Shown: piece after piece, positions 23,468 to 34,873 of the stretch
Layout: each line of letters starts with the position of its first letter
Numbering within the stretch: position 1 is the stretch's first letter
Assembly (NCBI GenBank): GCA_002633005.1
Contig: NMRA01000095.1
Coordinates: 591,978-629,936, forward strand
Length of the DNA stretch: 37,959 nt
DNA from: Phoronis australis
Taxonomy: Eukaryota > Animalia > Phoronida
Direction: 5' to 3'
The notes under the pieces: model-generated
Told to the model about the DNA's origin: nothing
What the model saw: only the letters and a program-made list of their open reading frames with translations
Databases searched by the model: none
Position numbers and translations under genes: made by a program

Positions 23468-26400
23468 TTCCTTACTTAGATAAGAAATGATTTCCAGGCG
23501 TGAGAAAACTGACACTTCGTTATTGGTTCAGACGAGACACAGGTTACTTGTCACGGAGGGCTAGTTTCAACCCGCCAAGGCAATGTGGCCGTCAGGGGAA
23601 CTCTAAGCGATTGATTGAGTAGTCAACAAACCCAGTTTAAACAAAAGTGCAGGAACGGGATGAGATTGGTGTAGAAGAGGAAAGAACACGGGGTATTGTG
23701 GCTTTAGAGGAAATTTCCAACAGACTCACAACCTAATACGGGATTTGTAAACTAGATTACTCTGACATTAAAAATCTGCCTCAAAATTTCCCATTTTCTG
23801 ATACAAAATGGATTTAATCTGCAAACAGAACCTTCTGCAAAAAAAGTCCCGTGTGTTCTAACAGTGATGACCGGATACAATGCTTTCTAGCGGTTTCTGG
23901 GCTAACTCTTATTATTGTACATTGTGTTTTGCGTAATAAACATAAAAAGTGTTGGACAATCCCCCCGAGAATATTTTGCTTGAGTCATATCAATCACAGG
24001 TGAGGACAAAGTTCGTTTTCGATTGTGTAGTAGATATATAATTGTTATGATGGTAATAATGAAACCACGCTTGCATGATTCACTTAGCCCGTTTTCAGCT
24101 GCATTTGTTAACCTTATTATCTGTTCTAAATAAAACTGGGGAAAATATAGATAAAGTATTTTTAATTCACGATTGTGCGAACGGCCCGCAAATTTCGTAA
24201 GGCGATTACCGATGATTAAATGTAAGGACATGCGCGTTCATTATTTACAGAGTAAATAAAACCACACAACATCAATTGCATTGTATGAAAATAATTTGGA
24301 TTGAAAATGGAAATCATTTTCTTGAAATTTTGTTCAAGTAAATGGTTCGCGTAAGCCATTGCAACTTGAAAACAAGAACATCCAAATTGTCCCAAAAGGT
24401 AACCGGTTATAGTGTGAATGTTTGAATAGCTAAGCTGAAATTATCAGCCCAAAGAGACATGGTGTGCTGCTGTTGTCTTGAAATAACATCTATCTGTAGA
24501 ATTTTTGCAAGTGGTGTCTACAGATTACTTCAAAGACTTTCCCCCTCAAAAATCAAACTGTGACGCCAAGAAAAAGCCAGTCGGGATATTGTTGCATGCT
24601 CTTCTGCATAAAAATGAATGATAACGATGGAACACGTTCGCTTAAAAGTCATCCTGTCACTATGCAAGATCCCTCTGCGCTCCAGGTGATCGCCAGTTTT
24701 GTCGAGGTTCCTGTTTTCAACTAAACAAGCTCTAGTTTATTTCACATCAGTCCTTGAAAAATGTTTCCACGCCCACTTGGATATAGCGCGCCATCTTTCA
24801 ACAAGAGTGTTCGGTTAAATTCAACCAATCAAAGTCCAGGTAAAGTACCACATGATTTGAACAAGATGGCGCCCCAAAATACGATTTTGCAAAGTTTTTG
24901 AGGGTAATACGACATAAAATTGAAATGCCACGAAAAAGCAAGAGCCAGGGTAAGTATTTGAGGACATATATGCACTTGCTTCTACGTGTCAACTTAAATA
25001 TCTGCTTATACAGTAATCAAAGCTCACAGAGTAGAGTTGCGACCAATGTTTTGGTTGCAACTTTCCAAGTTTCGACCGTCCCGTTAGCGTTGGTGGGTAT
25101 CCATATTCTGGTGGAGTTGCTATGTACTGAACCGTATGGGGTCGTTTGTCATGTCTATAACTTATTCCATGTTTTCGAATGAATTAAAAAAACTTGTTCA
25201 GTTAGGGTCTTGGTCATAAACACTAGATTTCTGGACATTTATTATGCTGACTGAACTCAGTGACCTGTGCCTCTATGATTTCTAAATGACAGTTTCATTG
25301 AAGTAAACCTTAGAAAGGGTCAGTGACATGTATAAACAAGCCTCCGTCTGTAATGCCTAATCGTACATGTAGCTGGCAGATGGATGACCTCTCGTAATCC
25401 TTCATATGTTGTCATTTGACCCCGTGCTCATAGAAAGTAATGGAAGTGAACTATCTATTTCGTTAGGGAGTCCATCGTGATTGTCGGAAGCATTTGTTCA
25501 AGTTGGAAGGATTTAAAGGCATCAGCACTATCAAAAGGTGTCATTAGGTGTCACTATACTCTTGAAACATAATTACAACACCACTAAATTCTGAAAAACT
25601 TCAACCAAATGAGGCTCGTTGAGATGGTGATCCATGGGTGAATTAGTTTGTACCAGTTATGTGTGCAAAGTTATGTGTACCTGGGGAAATTTGCTATCTA
25701 CTCACAGAAATATTGTCCAGGTCCTTGACGTAAGTGGAAGTTCAAGAGTTGTGTTCTGAGAACTTAGGAATATCTTAAAAGTAAACTTGGAATTCTTTAG
25801 TGATGGTGATTACAGAAATCGCGATGTACTAGAATTCAAAACACGCGTGAAGAGAAAAATATGGAATGTGTGCCTTTCACATAGTGTCTCATTCAATATT
25901 TTCGTAGTTTATTTACTGATTTTCAAGTGGTGGCACACTGCGTATGTTTTCAAACAAGATATTCCAGTGAGCCCACCTTCCATAGTTGTTCATGTCCATT
26001 GCGTTTTCTTGGGGTCTGCAAAAACATTAGCTGAGGACACTGGACTTGGGGAAAATTAATTAAATTCAGTTGTACTTTTATCAATTTATCAGATAACCAA
26101 GAAGCGACACCTATGATTTTTATTTTGTTGTCAACTCCACCGTGTGAGTTTGCACGATACTTCTTCAGGGAATGTCTGTAAATGGTTGAACTCAATGGAT
26201 GAACATTTCTCGTGGTAGTACTTGGGGAATTCTGTTTACAAATAAAGTTGTGTCTAAGGCTATGCACCCATGTACTCATCATGTGTCTTGATGTTTTTTA
26301 CAGTGGTAATCATGTAACACGACAATTTATAAAGATGTATTCGCATGCTCCTAACTATGCTATTGTATAGCAGGAACTAAATGACAATGCTTTCTAAACA

Positions 26401-27664
26401 CTAAACAAAGTGCAGTTGTATTCATTGACAACTTGTAAGCATAAAACCAAAAATTCTGCAAATAGGTGACCTTTGCACTAATGATCTTAGAGGTTAACAT
26501 AGCCTGCATTATACAGTGTTATTCCCCAATACCACGTCATGATAGTTACTGGACACGGTCGAAAGATGTATGGCGGATCATTTTCGAAACAAAACTCGTT
26601 CTTAAAAACATTTCACATCGTCGCTATATGTTGTGTTTCTAAATAATTGGACCAAGCAATCACAGGGAAAAGGAATTAGCGTGCAAATTCCACTTCAAAC
26701 TCCCATATGTTAAGTAATTCTTGTCGTCTCTGTCTCAGCTTCATGAAATTTGGCGGATGTGTCCTTATAGATTTGGCAATGGATGATGGTGACTTTCAGA
26801 GAAATTTGGCTTCTGCTGTGCTACCTGGTGGCAATTGTCTTATTTTGCATCGGCTGTGCCACCTGGTGGTTATTTCAGCTTTTGCGTTTGTTTAAATTTT
26901 ATTCACCAACTTCCTTGTTGGATATTACCAGTATCAATTTTAGTATTTTGTCGTTTGCTTTTTGGCAAGTATATCTCTACTGATCTTAACTGTTTGTGAA
27001 AGATCGTTGTAAATTCGATTGATTGATTCTTGGGAGGAATGCATTGCCCACATTGATGTTACGGTGGCAGTTTTTTATTTTGCACCTGCCTCAATTTTTG
27101 CCAAGTCATGGAATTTGGTAGGTATGTTCCTGTTATCAGGACCACTGCTTACATTCAGTGTTGGATGGTTCCGACCACTGCTACGCCCCCTTTTGACAAT
27201 TTTACCCAAATATTCCTCTATAACTATTGGCTGCTTTGGATCTTCATGAAATTTTATAGATATGATTCAGGAAAGGCTTTGTTGTGTTTAGCGCCATCCA
27301 GTGGCAAGTATTTTCATGCTCGTTTTACATGCCTGTGTTCCTGTTGACGAAAAACTGGCTCGCACTGAATCCCATATGGTTTTGACTATAGCTACTACCC
27401 TGATGTATGATTTTTTCGTCTGCTTCAATATCTGTCTAATTTGTTATAAATCTTCATAAAATTTAACAGATTAGTTTTTACTCAGAATGTGACAGGTTTT
27501 CCCCATTTTCAAACAGTTCTGACTTGTGCTTTGCATCCTAGTGGCGGTTTATTAGTATTGGCCTTTGGTCGTGGTATCTTCTCTATTTGTGAAACCTTTT
27601 TGATGAACGATTGTAGCGAATGAGTTTCTATAAGGAGAACACCGACATAAATTGTCAGATGGAT

Positions 27665-28823
27665 CCGACTGCTGCATTGCTGGCAGAAGTTTTGGTTTTT
27701 TACTTACCTTCCTAGCCTTCTCGGGCTGACGGGGGATGCAGGAAGCCGTGCACACTATGGGTAAATGTTAGGTTAACTACTTAATATTGGGGTCAAGTGC
27801 AGCTTTAAATATTTCAATCTTGACAGTGGGTAAGGATGAGATGATGCTGTTTTTTGTGTAAATCTGAGCTTATGAAGCACGTTTTAGAACCATTTGTTTA
27901 TCAGGACAGGAAGTTCGCAGTGACCCCTGATAATAAAGAAATTTGATTGGCACTTTCCTCACTCCAAGAGGTCAATTGATTTGACCTTTTAGCACCTTGT
28001 TGAAGGTTTGCTATCTCCTACAGACATGAGTTTTGTCACTTTGAATTGATCGTGAAGTTGGTGCACAAATTACTGTGCAGAGGGCGTCTCTTTACCCTTG
28101 ACTGATGGCTGCCAATAGCCACATTCCAAATATAACTGCAGAACGTAAGGCCGTGGCCTTTAGTTCAAATGTAAGGCCTACCATTTCTTTGGATATAGGC
28201 CAGTCTGTATTTTGGTTCTCTGTACTGCCATGGCCACAAATATNCCAACTGCTGCATTGCTGGCGGAAGTTTTGGTTTTTTACTTACCTTCCTAGCCTTC
28301 TCGGGCTGACGGGGGATGCAGGAAGCCGTGCACACTATGGGTAAATGTTAGGTTAACTACTTAATATTGGGGTCAAGTGCAGCTTTAAATATTTTAATCT
28401 TGACAGTGGGTAAGGATGAGATGATGCTGTTTTTTGTGTGGATCTAAGCTTATGAAGCACGTTTTAGAACCATTTCTTTATCAGGACAGGAAGTTCGCGG
28501 TGACCCCTGATAATAAAGAAATTTGATTGGCACTTTCCTCACTCCAAGAGGTCAATTGATTTGACCTTTTAGCACCTTGTTGAAGGTTTGCTATCTCTTA
28601 CAGACATGAGTTTTGTCACTTTGAATTGATCGTGAAGTTGGTGCACAAATTACTGTGCAGAGGGCGTCTCTTTACCCTTGACTGATGGCTGCCAATAGCC
28701 ACATTCCAAATATAACTGCAGAACGTAAGGCCGTGGCCTTTAGTTCAAATGTAAGGCCTACCATTTCTTTGGATATAGGCCAGTCTGTATTTTGGTTCTC
28801 TGTACTGCCATGGCCACAAATAT
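27665..28823. repeat. 579-bp direct duplication joined by a single N (28244), probably allelic contig overlap
   Basis: Copies 27665-28243 and 28245-28823. I count 9 substitutions and no indels. Confidence 0.93.
27708..27754 (-). other. Candidate 47-nt internal exon of an unidentified minus-strand transcript (duplicated at 28288-28334)
   Basis: Minus strand reads cctaacatttacccatag|TGTGCACGG...GCTAGGAAG|gtaagt: CTAAC branch point, consensus donor, GC-rich body in AT-rich flanks. Confidence 0.45.
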
Positions 28824-31800
28824 TGACTGGGTGAAACCATTTCTCGAAAATATTGAATAAACGAAAAGCAACCTACAAACAAGTGTGTTGGGAAGATGAC
28901 AGTGGCCAATATTGTCTTTTAGACGAAATAGCGTGTTGCTTGGGGATTTAAAAATGCTCCGCGCTTGAATAGATGGCCATTATCAACTACAAGGAAATGG
29001 CCTTAAATATTTGATACCAAGTAAAACATAAACTTGGGAAACTGGAAAGGGATATTTTATTCATTATTGGTAGGACAAATGATCCTCGTCTCTTGACAAG
29101 CGCCCCCTGTCTTTCCAATCTCTTGTAATGCCTCAAGTTTAGGAAATGCTGATGGAAGACCAGTCGTTGTCATTCCTGGTTTATGTTGGTTAATACAGGT
29201 GACCTTTGATAAACAGGTCAATAAACCTTTGCATGACCTGTGTTCAATGGTTGAGGATGTGTCAGACTGACTGAACACACAGTTTGTCTGTGAAGAACAT
29301 TTGTTCGATTGGTCATAATATACTAACCACTGTATAGATATTCTTGCTGGATCTAGGTCTATTGTGAGGTTTCCTATTTGTCCTTAATGGTAGTTTAGAC
29401 TATTGTGATAGTACCAAGTGTAAAGGCTAATAGAGAAATTTGAACCTGAGAAAAAAACAGCTAACTTAGGGTGAAACTTACATTGAATTTAGAACCCAAC
29501 TTTCTCAACAAGAATATACAGGACTTTTTCCTTTGTTTGTTGGGACAGCTTTTATCTGCCAGTAATTTTTTTAGCAATTTATGGCAATACCGTGAGACCT
29601 TGAGGAAGGGGAAAATGACATGTCGTCACTTCTTTTTAAAAAACTTTCTCATAATTCTGCTTTAATTCTTTACAAAAGCAATGCTCAGCTTGTAGTCTGT
29701 TGTTAAGTGTGACAGTGTTTAAGCGTGATTTTCTGAGGTCAGCGTCAGTGTGGAATCTAATCTGCTATCCTCGTGGTCGCCGTCTAATGCTCTGCTGGTG
29801 GAGCTAAATCCCACTCTATAAAAGGCAGTGTATTTTAAGCATAGGTAACTGGCAAAATTGTTTTGGTATTTATTATGTGTAAAATAATGTGCAGTGATAG
29901 GAGTCAAGGCAAGGAAGCATTATAATCGGCCTTGACTTAGTGGACACCAGCGAGAATTGTCATTTTGTTATGAAACTACAAAAATACAACACATTTTGTC
30001 AAAACTAATATCGGCCAGAAATTTATCCCATCCATAAATAATCCCTGAAAATGTGTTTTTTGTTATAAAACAAATGTGCCTTTAATCCAATGTAAACTGT
30101 TATCAGTAAGAGTTTGATGTGGATATCGTTCCTGCCATTTCAATACAGAGATATTCATTCAATACCTTACTAAAAAGTATGGCCTTTTTTAAGATATGGT
30201 TTTTAGAGGGTGACGCTTGCCACTGGCTTGCTAAAATTTAAAACGATTAAAAACCTATATTCTGCCCAAGAAGAAAAGTTTTTTGAGCACTTGGTTTAAA
30301 CTTGTTCCTTTTCTAGATGAGAAGTAATGTCTATGTTCATAATGAACTGTTAGCGTCTTATTTGTAGAGACGATGCTTTGTCAGCTCTCAACCTGCAGGT
30401 CGCCAATTGCGACCTTTGACTGTGTTTGGGGATTTAGGAAAAATTCAAGTCACCACAAAGTATCCACTGCGAGTGTCAAAGTCAGACAATAATTTCCTCT
30501 AAATTCGTTTCAAAGTTGGTATTGACTTCCAAACTTTTAGTTAGTAACATTTTTTGTAGATTCATTACCTTTGATTCAAAATTATTTGGTTTGTTTCGTG
30601 AACTCAGTGCGTTTGCCACCACAGCAGTCAGCACACGTGAACGCCACCACAGCAGTCAGCACAGGTGAAACTCGCTTAAATTTCAACAGGACAGGAAGCA
30701 AATAGATGGAAGTCGGAAATGCTCGGAAATAATTGGGCAAGATCGGTGAAATTCACGCCACCAGTGATGTGGTATGTGATCACCTGCGTCTCATTGTTGT
30801 TCGTTGGTGGGAGGAATTGACTTACAAAATAAATGTACATTTGTGTAGATACGGGGAGATTTTTTTTAGTCTACTTCCTGTGCCTGATTGGCAAGCTCAG
30901 TGTTGGCAACCTTAGATTTTGTTTGGCGACATGGCATTAACGCTAAGCGTCAAGTGCTGTCAGTGCACTTAAATGAAATACTGTGACAAGCCCAGTTGTA
31001 GGGCCTGGTCTCGACCAATAATAAACTGACAGTTCTTTCAAAGCCCCAAAATCATCTCAAGTTTAACTAAGGAACAATTTGAGACCAAATAGTGGTCCAC
31101 ATCGAAAATTGTTTTTTTGTGGTGGACGGAAGTTTATATAACAGCTTTAAATGTCTGTCAATTTGAAACTATAATCTAGACAAATTTTAAGTGGTTGTAG
31201 TTGAACATAAGTTTGCAGGTTATGCTTGTACTTGTTTACAGCGTTGTATTTCATGTCATTTTAAGCATGTTCAATGCCATCATTTGTTACTTTGTTGTGC
31301 CTAAAAGACAATACTGCAAATTATCGGTAGTAGGAACATTTCTCCACAGTTCATCTTCAATATCAGCATTTTGGGGCACATAAACATTGCTAAGGTCATC
31401 GGATATTGAATTATTTCCGCAGGCGGCAATTCATGTCACAGGCTATGGGCACATGCACCATTTTTGAATCCACGGGTTTAGGTTTGAACTACACCGATAA
31501 GCTCTGATGCATTTTCTTGGGTCACTGATTCCATTTTCATGCTTTAGCCAACTGGACAGAGCGATCTGCAGGTTGTTGTTCTATTTTGAAAGGGAGAAGA
31601 TATGTTTTAATCCTATGTCATTGGCCAAGATGAAGATGTTCTGTTGTTTATCTTTCAACTAGGTTTAAATGTCATTCAAGCAACTGCAATGAGAGGTCTT
31701 TTAAGTGATATGTTTGTCACTGCTACCAGATTTTTTAGTCTGCCTAATTGAGGAGAAATGTCATTATTGTGTTAAATATACCATTTTTGGGCTACAGCAG

Positions 31801-33163
31801 GATTTTCGATGAATTTCATTCAAGGCTGATGTGACAGGAGTTTTATCTCAGGCACAGAATCTCCTGGGGAACACCCTGTTCTATTTATAGCCATCAGCAG
31901 CAGTCACATTGAGAATGTTTTGAAGCTAAACTTCCTGTCACAATGGGGCTGTGTTTTTCTTTTCTTGCCCAGTAGTTGATTCTGTGTGGATAATATTTAC
32001 TGTTACTGCATATAACACCATAATGCAATCAGTGCCAATCTGTGGGTCATAACTGGTTGTTGACTCTCACGTACAATTAAGTGCTTGCCAGCAAGCATTT
32101 TGGTTATGAACAAAAGGATACTAGGCACGTACTTATTAAAATACAAATCTTTGTGATGATTCTTGAAAATTTTAGAAATGTATACATATATGCGTCGTTG
32201 CATTTCCATGCACTGAAGAGCTCGGTTACTATCCATAGTCATCCGTGTCGGCATATTGTGGCCAGAGGAAAGAAGGAAGATTTCGTTGGTCAGACTTTTT
32301 AAGGGGTTAAATAGTATTCCGGTGTTAATGATATGTTAATGTCCCACACTAATTAGGCAACATTGAAGGCGTGGATCTTAAACTGTGGCAAATAAAGTTG
32401 TTGACGCAAGGAACTGGGCCATACAATCAGCTGGTAAACTCCACTTGGGGTCAATACTGTGTACTGTGTGAAATTATAGATGCAAGCTCCCCCTATTACC
32501 ATAACAAACACCTAAAGGTCCCGCCCCTTGTCATGAACCAAAGCAAGGATTTTTAGAGATATAGCATTCTATTTAGCTTTGAACACTGCGTCATTTTTGG
32601 CCACATGGCTCAATAACGTTTCATTGAGTTTGGTATCACGTAGAAAGTACTTCAGTACTTATGTGGCTTAAACCGTGTTCTTGATCGATCATTTCACCAA
32701 TCATAGAATTTTCTCAACAATTACCTCAGGCGTTACACTATTGATCCTGCAGAGTGATGTCGATATTAGAGGCCAAAACTGATGTGTGTTATAAAGCTAT
32801 CCTATGTATTGATTTATGTTAAGAATCTATGGATTTTCACATATAAAGGCATCTATTGTTTTCACACAAGGTCATGCCATCACAATTGAGCAAAACACTA
32901 TTTTGTGTGATTGTTTGTTTCCGTATTCTTTGTTTTTCAATGGCTATTCTTCTGTTGTTATTTTGTCCACCAAACATTTGCATCAGTTCAGTGCACATCG
33001 CATTTTGTGGATGGATAAAAACATCACTAAACCTAGATTTCAGATTTTTGATGAAAAGCAAATTCTGTCATTTATTTTTTAAGATCTCCAGATTTTTCTA
33101 TGAAGAGCGATGAACTTTTATTCAAAAGAGATATTCCGTCGCTAACATTTTGCAGGATTGTCA

Positions 33164-33672
33164 AGGGCCTTTCATACTAACGTCGACGCGTCGATGGTTT
33201 GGAGAGTTGCGGTCAGTATGAACTCTTAACTCCGGTCCTGGATCGCAGTTAACAGCTCCAATTAACATCGCAGTTAAGAGGTGGATTTAAGACCGCAGCG
33301 TCGACGCTGCGGTGTAGTATGAACGCTTAACTCCGGTCCAATCGAAGTTATCGCCAGGTGCCACTGTTGTCGTCAACAGTTACAAGGCAGTGTCGTCACT
33401 AATAGCTGCTTATATTTTGCTTTAATAATGACCAATCGATTTAAAAATCAGTTTAATGTCACTTAGCACATGTAAATTATTTCCAAATTGAAACATTGAA
33501 AAAAATCTTAGCTTGCAACGCTACCTGGCGATAACTTCGATGACGACAGCGGCACACAACCGCTTACTTAGGTGTTCATTAACTACCGAAGCCAGTATGA
33601 ACGGTCCAGTTAACTGCGCTGTTTACGTCGACACTCCGCTCAGACCGGAGTTAAGTCAATATGAAAGGGCCT
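33164..33672. mobile_element. PIF/Harbinger-type MITE (509 bp)
   Basis: Terminal inverted repeats AGGGCCTTTCATA / TATGAAAGGGCCT. 3-bp target duplication TCA on both sides. Repeated subterminal motifs AGTATGAAC, TTAACTCCGGTC and GTCGAC. Confidence 0.75.
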
Positions 33673-34389
33673 TCAGACTTTGAAAACATCAGAGACAAGT
33701 GGAACACACTGTATGGGGAGAACTTGAAACTGTCTTTCTCTTTATCTCTTCTGTCTTACATGTCACTTTGTTGAGAGAACTAGAGTTTTTGTACTTTCTA
33801 AATAGACGAGCATTCTCATGATCTTAGATCAAACCTCGCTGATTTTGATATGTACACGGATGGGCAATTTGAATTTAATTTTAGACGTTTTTCATGACTT
33901 TTAAAATCAACTGTTTGCCATTTTCAAGAAATTTTGAAAGGTACCATGTATTTGGTGCCTATTGTGTGTACATGTTGTAGGTTTTGGAAATCGTGTTAAT
34001 TCTCACATGTTGTGGTGTTGGTCCATTCACCTTTATCCGGATAAAGGGGGTGCTTTGTGTGCAATAGTTTGTGGAAGATTGTTCCTTTGCAACAAACAAG
34101 ACTAAAACATTTCCAGTCATCTAGTAGCGAAATTGAATGGGCAATAAATCTCTTGTTTATTGTTTACACATGACCTCTCTGAAGCATTCTGTAAAAAGGG
34201 CAATTACATCATTGGACTGATGAGCTGTTTAGCATCCACTGTCGTATGTGAAACCTCTCATTATTGTTTTTTCTATATCAGAAACTAATTTTATTCCAAA
34301 TTGTGGAAATAGCAGCATTGCTTATTTCAAATTGTGAGAATAGCAGCATTGCTTATTTCCTCTTAACTCTCAAGTCGTTACCGATTACT

Positions 34390-34640
34390 CTGAAATCTCA
34401 CCAGTTTAGGACAAAATATTGCGGACAAGTGAAATTAGACATTACCACATTTTTTCATAAAAGACATGTAGCACCTAATGGACGCTTTTCCACGTTCAAA
34501 CTCAGTATCACAACTACCATCGGACAATATTTTGAAAATTTGTGGGCGTAGGCAACAATGTTTGAATCCTTAAAAAAAGAAAACGAGCAATTTTGACAAT
34601 TTGTCTGAAGTCTACTTTTACCTTTGTCTTGTTCCTCCGT
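34390..34640 (+). repeat. Dispersed repeat, copy B (related to about 7985-8235)
   Basis: Same ordered blocks as copy A. Confidence 0.6.
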
Positions 34641-34824
34641 AGCTACCAGTGGTACACAGGCAGTTTTGATGACTGTATCAACTTCTTTATTCAGAAATTT
34701 ACTGAGTTGATTAACAAGCAGTCATTCACTTTAACATTTTAAAAAAGAGCTGTAGAGAATTCCCCACACACTGTATTATTTTGCTGTTTCGGCAAACATT
34801 TTGGTTATCTTCCATGTCACTTAC

Positions 34825-34873
34825 ATTGGCTAGCCTTGAAATGAGGGGTTGGGGACTCAGGGTCCTCATTCAC
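34825..34873 (-). other. Candidate 49-nt internal exon of an unidentified minus-strand transcript
   Basis: Minus strand reads cacctttcccctcag|GTGAATGAG...GCTAGCCAAT|gtaagt. Only one frame is open (VNEDPESPTPHFKASQ). Confidence 0.45.

Noticed and set aside
31300-31400. Minus-strand peptide LSNVYVPQNADIEDELWRNV, reminiscent of a LINE AP-endonuclease NVY.P motif
   Set aside because: No GDFN or other endonuclease motifs follow and the frame closes quickly. Too short to support.
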